DNA of 64,000 nt from Syntrophorhabdaceae bacterium (lineage in GTDB: Bacteria > Desulfobacterota > Syntrophorhabdia > Syntrophorhabdales > Syntrophorhabdaceae). Shown piece by piece: positions 1-8,651 of this stretch. The translations under genes and the position numbers were made by a program. Each line of letters starts with the position of its first letter. Position 1 is the first letter of the stretch. Where the stretch lies: contig OY762209.1 of assembly GCA_963665295.1 (NCBI GenBank), positions 2,720,001 through 2,784,000 on the forward strand, in the 5' to 3' direction. Below the pieces are notes generated by a model, which saw only the letters and a program-made list of their open reading frames with translations, was not told the DNA's origin and made no database searches.

Positions 1-166
1 CCACAACTGTGGCCCAAAAGAGTTACAAAGCTTTGTTTTCCGAAGAATATCCAATCTTGTTATATGCTAAATGCGCCCAAATAATGAAACGCGTTGACGG
101 TTATTTGGACGAAAAAGGTCTTCCCCAAGGGGCAAAGCTAAATATGGTATTCTATCTAGTGTCACG

Positions 167-860
167 TCACTCCTCTAATGTCGGATAAAGCCGTCTGAGT
201 TTTATTCGCGCATCCTTCGTGGTGAATTGCCAGTTTACTTTTGCCCGGAGATTATCCCTACGGGCTTGCCAGGCAGCAACTTCGGAGCGGACCTTGGCAA
301 TACTGTCGATCCGGCGGTCGAGGCATTGGTGAATGAGCACATTGAGTTCAATCTCCGCCATATTGAGCCAGCTTCCGTGTTTGGGTGTGTAGACGAAGTC
401 AAAGCGGTCCCAGATGCGCTTCGCTTCCTCGGGTGGAAAGGCTTCATAGAGGGAGCCGGGTTTGTGGGTGTTCAGGTTGTCCATGACGAGAGTGATCTTC
501 TCGGCATCTTGATAACTGGAGACAATATCCCGGACGAATTCCGCCCAGTCGCACTTTGTTCTTCTCTCCGATACGTTCGTGAGACGGGTTCCCGCTAATG
601 GCTCGTTGGCCATAAATATGGTGCAGACACCGCAGCGCTCATACTCGTAGTCATGACGTTCAAGGCGTCCGGGAGTTTGAGGAATGGGGGTACGGGTTTC
701 TTTAATCAACTGCCGTGGCGTCTCATCCATGCAGACTACCGGGAACTTTGGATCATACGGACGTTTATACACATCGAGCACACATTCCATGGCGGCGACA
801 AAATCAGCATTGGCCTCCGGAGGGATGACCCACCCCTCTTGCTTCCAGGGTTTTGTTTCG
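167..860 (-). CDS. IS630 transposase OrfB (DDE domain), probably expressed as a frameshift fusion with OrfA
   Basis: VCMDE, VMDNLNTH and SWLNMAEIE catalytic motifs. The frame extends upstream of the listed Met (790) as ETKPWKQEGWVIPPEANADFVAAM back to an A7 run at 861-867. Confidence 0.9.
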
Positions 861-1298
861 TTTTTTTAAAACCCGACGCACGGTCTCATAGGATATGTTC
901 CCGATATAATTGAGTGTCACCATTCGGTCTGCAAGCAACCGTAAAGTCCATCGGGCATACCCCTCGGGCGGTTCACTGCAGCTTAAGGCAATGAGATGGG
1001 CCTCGAAGTCGCCGTCGGCCTTCTTCTCGTAGACCCGGTCGGCCTTATGTCCGGTGAGGGCGGTATCAAGTCCTTCTTCCACGAACCGCTTCTTCACCCT
1101 GTCGATCTTCCGCATGCTGATCCTCAAGACGGCCGATATATCCTCATTCTTCATCCGATGATCCTGAAACCGGCCCTCGTCGCAATTCAAAAGGATCAAT
1201 GCATTAAGCACCTTCTGGGACTTATGATTGCCTTTCAGCACCACGCGTTCTAACTCCCTTCGCTCTTCTTGTTCGAGCGTCACCTTGTATTTCCTCAT
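804..1298 (-). CDS. IS630 transposase OrfA (N-terminal helix-turn-helix part)
   Basis: PPEGYARWTLRLLAD and ISYETVRRVLKK motifs typical of IS630 N-termini; GGAGG RBS upstream. Confidence 0.9.
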   Translation of the reverse strand: MRKYKVTLEQEERRELERVVLKGNHKSQKVLNALILLNCDEGRFQDHRMKNEDISAVLRISMRKIDRVKKRFVEEGLDTALTGHKADRVYEKKADGDFEAHLIALSCSEPPEGYARWTLRLLADRMVTLNYIGNISYETVRRVLKKRNKTLEARGVGHPSGGQC

Positions 1299-1642
1299 TC
1301 GGACCTCCCCATGGCTGAATGTTTGCCTTGGGGAGATTTTATACTATATCATACGACAATACAAGTGTGACGTGACACTAGCCATGTACGCAACTTGTGC
1401 CGCACTTGGATCTGTTAAGCCCAACAGAAAGAGAATAGCTGGCATTGACGCCTCCCTCTTAACCGATATTCTATTGGATATGTGTTATAAGTGGCTCCGG
1501 GCAAAGTTTGAGGAACTTGGCGGAAACGACCAGACGGCTAAAGGGCCTACGCTAGCCATGGCACTGAGACAACACATTATTGAAGAGTACGGAGTGAAGA
1601 AGAGCGCAGAAGAGAAAAGACTAAAACAACCCGATTTAGATT

Positions 1643-1789
1643 CTATTTCTTAAAAATCTTTGAACATGCCTTCTCAAACTTTTCGTCTGCATCCTCCGAC
1701 TGCACAACTTTCGCAGTCTCCAAAAAGCGTGCAGACTGTTCCTTGTTGTCCGGCTTCGGACCCTTTTCTTTTCCAAGGTTTCTTTTTAT
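1643..1789 (-). pseudogene. Small (48 codon) accessory ORF of the kind found downstream of IS1595 transposases; start appears as ATA
   Basis: Reads IKRNLGKEKGPKPDNKEQSARFLETAKVVQSEDADEKFEKACSKIFKK* after a GGAGG RBS, immediately behind the transposase remnant's stop. The EQSxRFxExA...FE pattern is recalled from IS1595-linked small ORFs. Confidence 0.5.
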
Positions 1790-1800
1790 GGTCGCCCTCC

Positions 1801-2032
1801 TCAGTGAGTCGTTTCATACGTAAGGCGCTTGCCCACAAAGCCCATCAAGCACTGTTCCGCACGTGGTTCATCGTCAACGCATAGCACTTATAAGTGCTAT
1901 GCGTGTGCTCTTACCTTACATCTTGCTTATACGCTTAGTCTCGCCGCAATGAGGCCATATCCGGGCTTCGACAAATTCATAAGCAGCATCTTCATTGTGG
2001 AAGCAAGGGGAGGATATAATTGAATCGCTCAT
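1801..2032 (-). pseudogene. Internally deleted IS1595-family transposase remnant
   Basis: N-terminus MSDSIISSPCFHNEDAAYEFVEARIWPHCGETKRISKM*GKSTRI/TYKCYA (zinc ribbon with stop and frameshift) is joined directly to C-terminus VDDEPRAEQCLMGFVGKRLTYETTH*. The DDE core is absent. AGGAG RBS upstream. Confidence 0.85.
1877..1904. repeat. Perfect 28-bp palindrome
   Basis: ACGCATAGCACTTA|TAAGTGCTATGCGT with no spacer. Confidence 0.95.
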
Positions 2033-2070
2033 CGTTCTATCTCCTTTCTAGCGCTAAGTATAGAACAAAT

Positions 2071-2096
2071 GTTTGGGTAGTAAAGTATAATATTCC
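2071..2096 (-). mobile_element. Probable left terminal inverted repeat of the IS1595 element
   Basis: GGAATATTATACTTTACTACCCAAAC on the minus strand just upstream of the transposase remnant, resembling IS1595 ends. Partner repeat not seen in the window. Confidence 0.55.
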
Positions 2097-2107
2097 GCAC
2101 AAAACGG

Positions 2108-2136
2108 TTGACAGGTTTCGGGTTGGCTGGTATACA
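2108..2136 (+). promoter_or_regulatory. Sigma70-type promoter
   Basis: TTGACA-17bp-TATACA upstream of the DUF948/YtxH genes. Confidence 0.6.
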
Positions 2137-2291
2137 GAAAGTGCAGTCGTGCCGTTGCCGGGCGACATCGGAACTTTTACGCGGGTTGGGCGGAATCCGT
2201 TGAAAAGGAGAATGGGAATGTTTATAGTAATCAATGGCGGTTGGTGCGGGAGAGTGGCGTTGTCCCGTCTCCCCGGTGTGAAGGAGGCAGA

Positions 2292-2684
2292 ATGAGCGAT
2301 ATTTTCCTCGGCATTATAACCTTCGTGGTTATAGTAGTAGCGATCGTTTTTATTCGTGTCCTGATGGAATTGCGACAGGGACTGAAGACGGTCAGGGAAT
2401 CTGCGCAAAAGACGGAAGAACTGCTGGTGCCCGTGCTTCAGGAACTTCAGACATCTCTCCGGAGTCTGCGGCAGACTACGGACGACATGGATGCGGTGGT
2501 GGAAGATGTGAGGGTCCTTTCAGGCTCCATGAGACAGTTCGGCGAGAATGTGAAGCGAATAAGCGATGTGGTGAGGGTCGTGTCCGAATCGACGGCGTTA
2601 AACGTGACAGGTCTCGGGGTGGCGGTGAAGGCTGCTTCTACGCACCTGTTGAAAAACTTTCTCAAGAAAAAGAAAACTTATTAA
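2292..2684 (+). CDS. DUF948/YoxC-family membrane-anchored coiled-coil protein
   Basis: N-terminal TM helix then coiled coil; AAGGAGG RBS before ATG 2292; typical partner of YtxH. Confidence 0.75.
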   Translation: MSDIFLGIITFVVIVVAIVFIRVLMELRQGLKTVRESAQKTEELLVPVLQELQTSLRSLRQTTDDMDAVVEDVRVLSGSMRQFGENVKRISDVVRVVSESTALNVTGLGVAVKAASTHLLKNFLKKKKTY

Positions 2685-2695
2685 GGAGGCGTGAC

Positions 2696-3010
2696 ATGGC
2701 ATTAAACGAAAACAATGGTTTTGGCGCAGGTTCCCTTATTCTGTCATTCTTTGCAGGCGGTCTGGTGGGCGCGGGAGTCGCTTTGCTCGTGGCCCCGAAA
2801 TCGGGTAAGGAAACCCGGGAGCAACTCATGGAGATAGCGGACGACTTCAGGGGCAAGGCTGAAGGCTATATAGAAGAGATGAAGGAACAGGTATCCACTG
2901 TGGTAGAGAAAGGGAAAGACATACTGGAAGAACAGAAATCCATCCTCGTTTCAGCGGTAGAAGCGGGAAAAGAGGCCTTCGAGAAAGAGAAAGAAAAGCT
3001 TGTAAAGTAA
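2696..3010 (+). CDS. YtxH-domain protein
   Basis: FFAGGLVGAGVALLVAPKSGKETRE signature. Confidence 0.9.
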   Translation: MALNENNGFGAGSLILSFFAGGLVGAGVALLVAPKSGKETREQLMEIADDFRGKAEGYIEEMKEQVSTVVEKGKDILEEQKSILVSAVEAGKEAFEKEKEKLVK

Positions 3011-3268
3011 GGGAGCACCGGGGTACTATATGACCGGTACATGAATAGTTGAAGTGCGTCGCGGGCCCGGCGCGTAGCGCTCTCAAGGGGCTACGCGGCG
3101 GTTCTCCGGGACATAGGTTCACGAGCACTTGCCCGGGCGGGTTTGTTGTCCGGAGCGGCGCGAGGCTTACCGGGCCTTCGGGAACGGGATCACACAGGTC
3201 TGTATAGAACAGGGGGGAGTCACCCCTGATGGGGGTTTGTCGAAGAGTGTCCTTTTACTTTTTATATA

Positions 3269-4330
3269 ATGCCGGCTAACAAATTTTCCACCTTTGCCCT
3301 CCTTCTGGTCGCGGCGCTCCTCGGATACCTGACTTACCAGATCCTTATGCCTTTTGTGTCTGCCATCGTGTGGGCCATCGTCCTGTCCATAATCTTTTAT
3401 CCCCTCTATGTACAATTTCTGAAGTATGTCAAACTGAGGTCCGTGGCATCGCTCCTCTGTCTTCTTGTGATCCTTGTAGTCCTCCTCGGTCCCTTCGCGT
3501 ACCTGTCCTACGTTCTTACCCAGGAGATTATGAGCCTCTCCGCGTACCTCCGGGATGCCCCGACGGACCCGGTGAGCAGTATCCTGCAGCATCCGGTGGT
3601 GAGTAAGGTCGTATACAGGGTTCTTACCGTGTTCCATATGACCGAGCAGGAGTTTGCCCGAACGGTGGCGGAGAACATCTCGGAGTTGGGAAAGCAGTCG
3701 GTAGGCATAATCAGGAGCGGACTGGGGAATGTGGTCGCCACAGTGGCCAATTTTATTTTCATGATGCTTTCCATCTTCTTCTTCCTTGCGGACGGGCCGG
3801 AACTTCTGGAAAAGTTCAGCACTTTCGGACCCTTCTCGAAGAGGCAGAGGGAGAGGCTGAGCAGGCAGACACGGGATATAGTCGTGTCCACCATCTACGG
3901 AGGGGTGACGATCGCGGTCATCCAGGGATTGATGGGCGGGATCGCCTTTTCCATCCTGGCCATATCGTCCCCTGTCATGTGGGGAGTGGCCATGGCCATT
4001 TCGTCTTTTATCCCCCTTGTGGGCACCTTCGTGGTGTGGGGTCCTGCAGTGGTGTACCTCGCCATGCAGGGATTTTTCTGGAAGGCAGTGGCGCTCTTCA
4101 TAATAGGGGTAGCCGGGATAAGTTCGGTAGACAGCTTCCTTCGGCCCCTGATCATACGGGGCAGGTTGAAACTGCCGACCCTTGCCATCTTTTTCAGCAT
4201 TCTCGGAGGGATCAAGGTTTTCGGCTTCGTCGGTTTTATCATGGGGCCCCTCGTGCTTGCCCTTTTTATCTCGGTTCTCGAAATATTGAGATACGTGGCA
4301 GAAGAAGCCTCCGGTCAGACCCACCAGTAA
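3269..4330 (+). CDS. AI-2E (PerM/YdiK) family transporter
   Basis: Multi-TM protein with FIPLVGT, DSFLRPLII and FGFVGFIMGP motifs. Confidence 0.9.
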   Translation: MPANKFSTFALLLVAALLGYLTYQILMPFVSAIVWAIVLSIIFYPLYVQFLKYVKLRSVASLLCLLVILVVLLGPFAYLSYVLTQEIMSLSAYLRDAPTDPVSSILQHPVVSKVVYRVLTVFHMTEQEFARTVAENISELGKQSVGIIRSGLGNVVATVANFIFMMLSIFFFLADGPELLEKFSTFGPFSKRQRERLSRQTRDIVVSTIYGGVTIAVIQGLMGGIAFSILAISSPVMWGVAMAISSFIPLVGTFVVWGPAVVYLAMQGFFWKAVALFIIGVAGISSVDSFLRPLIIRGRLKLPTLAIFFSILGGIKVFGFVGFIMGPLVLALFISVLEILRYVAEEASGQTHQ

Positions 4331-4333
4331 CGG

Positions 4334-5020
4334 TCAGATGAGCGTTCTTTTTCCGGAGGCCACGGCAACAAGGGCGTCTCTGTCGAGGAGCGTGATCTTC
4401 CGGCCCTGGACCTCTATGACGCCTTCCGTTACCATCTTGCCGAGAATGCGGGAAAGGGTTTCCGGTATGGTGCCGAGGAGGCTTGCCAACTGGCCTTTTG
4501 TAATGGTGAGCTGCACATAATCCCTGTCGCGGTCCTCGCTTCCGTAGAGGAGGTAGGAGGCAAACCTCTGGGGCACCTCTTTCAGGGAGAGGTCTTCGAT
4601 GAGGAGGGTGAAGGATCTGAGCCTCTTGGACAATATGGCAAGCATATTCATGGCAAGGTAGGGGTCTTTTGTGATGAGATTGACGAAGGCCGTCCGCGGA
4701 AAAATGACCGCTTTGCTTTCCTCCAGCGCCTCGGCGTAAGCGGGAAAGGTAGTGCCCAGAAACACAGCCACCTCGCCGAAGGGCTCACCGGGTCCTATGA
4801 GGTGGAGTATCTGCTCCTTACCCTCCATGGAGAGTTTGAAGATCTTCACATGGCCCACGAAGAGTATGTAGAGTCCGTCGGCAAAGTCCCCTTCCGAAAA
4901 GATAAGCTCACCCCTTTTATATGTACGGGTTTCGGCGATGCCCGAGAGTTCTTCGATCTGAGCCGCGGGAAGTCCCTTGAAGAGAGTGACGTTCGAAATG
5001 AAGTTGACCATCTTTGCCAT
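4334..5020 (-). CDS. Crp/Fnr-family transcriptional regulator (no Fe-S cysteines; HcpR/Dnr-like)
   Basis: cNMP-binding domain (GEPFGEVAVF) and HTH LASLLGTIPETLSR; likely start ATG 5020. Confidence 0.9.
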   Translation of the reverse strand: MAKMVNFISNVTLFKGLPAAQIEELSGIAETRTYKRGELIFSEGDFADGLYILFVGHVKIFKLSMEGKEQILHLIGPGEPFGEVAVFLGTTFPAYAEALEESKAVIFPRTAFVNLITKDPYLAMNMLAILSKRLRSFTLLIEDLSLKEVPQRFASYLLYGSEDRDRDYVQLTITKGQLASLLGTIPETLSRILGKMVTEGVIEVQGRKITLLDRDALVAVASGKRTLI

Positions 5021-5185
5021 AAGCGCTCCTGCGGGAAGTCCCCGTGTTCCCATTGTAATCCAAAAGCCCCGCAAATGGAAGAAGCGAAAATCCACATGAA
5101 CAGAAAGTAGAGAACAAACGCTGATTTTCTAGAAAAGGACGGGGTTTTCATGTATATTAAGGCGAATTCATATCAAGGAGATGAC

Positions 5186-5686
5186 ATGACGAAACCTAAG
5201 GTGCTTATCCTTATCGGCAGCGACAGTGACCTTCCGGTTGTGGGGGAGGCTGCGAGGCTATTGAAGGAGAACGGAGTGGAAGTGACCCTCGATGTATCTT
5301 CCGCCCACAGGAACCCCGAGAAGACCGTTGCCTATGCGAAGGGTGCACGGGCTGAAGGTTTCGAGGTGATTATTGCCGCAGCGGGCCTCGCGGCCCACCT
5401 GCCTGGTGTTATCGCGTCCCATACCACGCTGCCCGTTATCGGCATCCCCATGAGTGGCGGCGCCTTGAATGGGGTGGATGCCGTTCTTTCCATACTTCAG
5501 ATGCCGGCAGGGGTGCCCGTGGCTACCGTGGGCATCAATGCCGCGCGTAATGCCGCAATTCTCGCGTGCGAAATACTCTCCATAAAGTATGAGACGGTGC
5601 GGGAAAAACTGGAAGAAATGAAGATATCCATGAAGAGGGAAAATGACGAGAAATCCGCCCGGCTTAAAGATCATTTCAAGGATTGA
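5186..5686 (+). CDS. purE: N5-carboxyaminoimidazole ribonucleotide mutase
   Basis: GSDSD, SAHRNP, AGLAAHLPG and QMPAGVPVATV motifs. Confidence 0.95.
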   Translation: MTKPKVLILIGSDSDLPVVGEAARLLKENGVEVTLDVSSAHRNPEKTVAYAKGARAEGFEVIIAAAGLAAHLPGVIASHTTLPVIGIPMSGGALNGVDAVLSILQMPAGVPVATVGINAARNAAILACEILSIKYETVREKLEEMKISMKRENDEKSARLKDHFKD

Positions 5687-5711
5687 CAACCCTTCCCGCT
5701 TCTGGTAAGGT
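5683..5711 (+). promoter_or_regulatory. Sigma70-type promoter giving a near-leaderless transcript
   Basis: TTGACA-17bp-TAAGGT, 9 nt before ATG 5721, with no Shine-Dalgarno. Confidence 0.5.
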
Positions 5712-5720
5712 TTTCATCAC

Positions 5721-6701
5721 ATGCTCAACGCCATCACCGATGTACCCGGCATAATGGTAGGTCACGCGTCCGACTTCGCAGGGTTTACAGGCTGCACGGT
5801 AGTCCTCTGCGGGTCAGGGGCGGTGTGCGGCATCGACGTGAGGGGGAGCGCCGCGGGCACGCGTCAGGTGGACGCCTTGAGCGTGAACCATATCGTCGAA
5901 GAGGTCCACGCCGTGCTTCTCGCGGGGGGCAGTTCTTTCGGACTTGATGCGGCGAGCGGTGTGTCACGGTACCTCGAGGAGAAAGGCGTCGGTTTCAATG
6001 TCGGGGTAACCCGAATACCCATAGTGCCCACCGCAGTGATTTTCGATATTCTCTTTGGTGACCCCAAGGCGAGACCAACGCCGGATATGGGCTATGAGGC
6101 CTGTCTCAATGCGTCGGAGGTCGTGGAAGAGGGGAGCGTGGGTGCGGGAGTGGGCGCCACGGTAGGCAAACTCTTCGAAACGTCGAGAGCAATGAAAGGC
6201 GGGGTGGGCACAAGCAGTCTGATGCAGTCCGACGGACTGGTCGTAGGCGCCCTTGTCGTGGTAAACGCCTTTGGAGACGTCGTCGACAATGTGACAGGGA
6301 AAACGATTATCGGCGCGAGAAAGGCGGAGGACAGCCTGGAATTCGCCAATACGGCTGATTCCATATGGGGTGGTGTGACCAAGAAGCAGTTCGGCCTCGT
6401 CAATACAACCCTCGGCGTGGTCGCCACCAACGCCCGTTTCCAGAAAAGAGAGATTACAAAGATAGCCCAGATGGCCCAGGGCGGGCTCATCAAAACCATA
6501 AACCCTGTACATACCACCTTCGATGGCGACCTGGTATTTGCTATTTCAAAGGGGGATGTGGAGGCTGACGTCAATAAAGTCGGGATATTGGGTGAATTTG
6601 TCCTTGCCGAGGCCATCAAAAGGGCGGTAAAAAAGGCGGACGGATTCGGAAGGATACCCGCCTTCAAGGATATTGCGAAAGGCTGGAAGACTACCCGGTA
6701 A
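5721..6701 (+). CDS. P1/S58 (DmpA-like) peptidase
   Basis: NAITDVPGIMVGH, GGSSFGLDA, NTTLGVVATNA and HTTFDGD motifs. Confidence 0.9.
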   Translation: MLNAITDVPGIMVGHASDFAGFTGCTVVLCGSGAVCGIDVRGSAAGTRQVDALSVNHIVEEVHAVLLAGGSSFGLDAASGVSRYLEEKGVGFNVGVTRIPIVPTAVIFDILFGDPKARPTPDMGYEACLNASEVVEEGSVGAGVGATVGKLFETSRAMKGGVGTSSLMQSDGLVVGALVVVNAFGDVVDNVTGKTIIGARKAEDSLEFANTADSIWGGVTKKQFGLVNTTLGVVATNARFQKREITKIAQMAQGGLIKTINPVHTTFDGDLVFAISKGDVEADVNKVGILGEFVLAEAIKRAVKKADGFGRIPAFKDIAKGWKTTR

Positions 6702-6755
6702 GGGAGGGCAGGAACACGAATGATCGTGTGACTATCGGGAAGGAGGAGCAGGAGA

Positions 6756-7490
6756 GTGGAGAAGCGCCGGCTGGTAGCGGAATTGATAAAAGAAAAGGGA
6801 TATGTCGTGGCCTTTACCGGGGCAGGGATCTCCGTGGACAGCGGAATACCGGCTTTCAGAGGCGGGCAGGGGCTCTGGGAAAAATACGACCCCATGGAAT
6901 ATGCCCATATCAGGGCCTTTCATACCAACCCGGCGAAGGTCTGGACCATGCTCCGGGAAATGTCGAGGGTAATCTTTGAAGCCGGTCCGAGTCCGGCCCA
7001 TAACGCCTTGAGCGACATGGAGAAGAAGGGTTATCTGAAGGCGGTAATTACTCAGAATGTCGACGGCCTCCATCAGGTCGCGGGCAACACCAACGTAATA
7101 GAGTACCACGGAAACCACCGGTGGCTCGTCTGCATGAACTGCTCAAAAAAGGTGGCCCTTCAACCGGAAATGCTTACTGCCATGCCGTACCCCGTATGCG
7201 ATAAGTGCAACACGCCTCTGAAACCGGCGGTAGTCTTCTTTGGAGAGGGTATCCCGGCGAAGGAGATGGTGCGGGCGAACGAGGAAGCCAACAGGTGTGG
7301 AGTGCTCATAATCATAGGGACCTCCGGGGTGGTGTACCCGGCTGCGGAGATTCCCTATGCCTGTAAATCACAGGGTGCCGCGATAGTAGAGATCAATGTC
7401 TCTCCTACGCCTTTCACTTCGTCTATAACCGACTATTACCTCGAAGGGAGCGCCTCCGAGATATTGCCCGCCATTCTGGGACTTCTCTAG
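6756..7490 (+). CDS. cobB: NAD-dependent protein deacylase (Sir2 family)
   Basis: TGAGISVDSGIPAFRG, TQNVDGLH, HG, CxxC...CxxC and GTSGVVYPAA motifs. Confidence 0.9.
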   Translation: MEKRRLVAELIKEKGYVVAFTGAGISVDSGIPAFRGGQGLWEKYDPMEYAHIRAFHTNPAKVWTMLREMSRVIFEAGPSPAHNALSDMEKKGYLKAVITQNVDGLHQVAGNTNVIEYHGNHRWLVCMNCSKKVALQPEMLTAMPYPVCDKCNTPLKPAVVFFGEGIPAKEMVRANEEANRCGVLIIIGTSGVVYPAAEIPYACKSQGAAIVEINVSPTPFTSSITDYYLEGSASEILPAILGLL

Positions 7491-7501
7491 GAGGGAGACA
7501 T

Positions 7502-8584
7502 ATGAGCAGCAACCTCATTGACCACACCTTTTGTGTGATAATGGCAGGCGGCAAGGGTGAGAGGTTTTGGCCCCTCAGCACGGACCATGCCCCCAAGCCC
7601 TTTCTTAAACTGATGGGCGAGAAGACCCTGATCCAGCTTACGGTGGAACGGGCGTCAAGGATCGTACCGGAAGAGAGGATATTTATCGTCCTCGGCCGAC
7701 CTCATCTGGAAATAGCCAGAGAGCAGCTTCCCTACCTCAAAGACCGGAACTTCATCGTGGAACCGGAAGGAAGGGATACGGCCCCCTGCATCGGCTTCGC
7801 CGCCCTTTCCCTCATAGGTATCGACGAGGAAGCTATCATGATCACCCTGCCCGCCGACCATTATATCGCCGATGTCCAGGGCTTCGCCGACACCATCCTG
7901 CAAGGGGTGAGATGTGCGAGCCAGGGCGACTACCTCGTGACCGTGGGGATCAGGCCGGACCGGCCTGAGACCGGTTACGGTTACATCAACGCATACGAGG
8001 CCTTCGATTTACCCGGCGCAGACTGCCGTAAGGTGAAGAGGATTGTAGAAAAGCCCGATGAAAAAAGGGCCCGCGAGTACCTGGAAGAAGGGAATTACTA
8101 CTGGAACGCAGGGATATTTATCTGGAAAGCCGGGGTAGTCATGGCCGGAATCGAGCGGCACATGCCCGAATTGTACGCGGGTCTCATGAAAATAAAGGCG
8201 GAGAAGGCACGGACCGGCGGCGGGGCTATTGAGGCCATCTACGGGAACCTGCCGAGAAAATCGATAGATTACGGCCTCATGGAAAAGGCCGACAATGTGC
8301 TCATGGTGCCGTCGGGTTTCGACTGGGACGATGTGGGGACGTGGACCTCTCTTTTCAGGGTCCTCGACCTTGACGGGAACGGTAACTGCAAGGCAGGGGA
8401 TGCTTTGAGCATCGACACCCGGAATTCGGTCATATTCAGCGATGGTATCACGGTCGGCACCCTCGGGGTATCGGATATCATAGTGGTGGCATCCAAAAAT
8501 GGCGTCCTGGTGTGCAGCCGGGACAGGGTCCAGGAAGTGCGGGAGATAGTAAGGAAACTTGACGCTGAGAAACGGAGAGACTGA
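7502..8584 (+). CDS. manC: Mannose-1-phosphate guanylyltransferase (monofunctional, no isomerase cupin)
   Basis: MAGGKGERFWPLS, EPEGRDTAP, PETGYGYI, SIDYGLMEK and WDDVGTW motifs. Confidence 0.9.
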   Translation: MSSNLIDHTFCVIMAGGKGERFWPLSTDHAPKPFLKLMGEKTLIQLTVERASRIVPEERIFIVLGRPHLEIAREQLPYLKDRNFIVEPEGRDTAPCIGFAALSLIGIDEEAIMITLPADHYIADVQGFADTILQGVRCASQGDYLVTVGIRPDRPETGYGYINAYEAFDLPGADCRKVKRIVEKPDEKRAREYLEEGNYYWNAGIFIWKAGVVMAGIERHMPELYAGLMKIKAEKARTGGGAIEAIYGNLPRKSIDYGLMEKADNVLMVPSGFDWDDVGTWTSLFRVLDLDGNGNCKAGDALSIDTRNSVIFSDGITVGTLGVSDIIVVASKNGVLVCSRDRVQEVREIVRKLDAEKRRD

Positions 8585-8651
8585 GGCCGCGGGTTCCCGG
8601 GCGCCCATACTTCATAGTTAGCTCTATTTCCCGGAAAACAAAGGGGGACTC

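Larger units (their letters stand above)
159..1378 (-). mobile_element. IS630-family insertion sequence, 1220 bp
   Basis: Perfect terminal inverted repeats GTGTCACGTCAC (159-170) and GTGACGTGACAC (1367-1378), flanked by duplicated TA (157-158, 1379-1380) in a CTAG context. Encloses HTH and DDE ORFs. Confidence 0.95.
1..1653 (+). pseudogene. 3' part of a probable AIPR-family (abortive infection phage resistance) gene, interrupted by IS630; 5' part lies outside the window
   Basis: The frame from nt 3 reads TTVAQKSYKALFSEEYPILLYAKCAQIMKRVDGYLDEKGLPQGAKLNMVFYL to nt 158. Removing the IS and one TA continues in frame as AMYATCAALGS...FEELGGNDQTAKGPTL...DSIS* (stop 1653). The joined text resembles AIPR C-termini as I recall them. 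Confidence 0.6.

Noticed and set aside
1228..1380. N-terminal part of ORF 1228..1653 as a real gene start
   Set aside because: It is antisense IS630 sequence; only the part after 1380 belongs to the interrupted gene.
1660..1884. + strand 74-aa ORF
   Set aside because: Antisense reading of the IS1595 remnant and its accessory ORF.
3011..3268. GC-rich intergenic region with a CGCGTAGC/GCTACGCG hairpin as an ncRNA
   Set aside because: No recognisable family motif; could be a simple terminator or stabiliser hairpin.
6756..7490. Sir2 domain as anti-phage effector (Thoeris/DSR type)
   Set aside because: Canonical zinc-binding CobB-type deacylase in a housekeeping operon.
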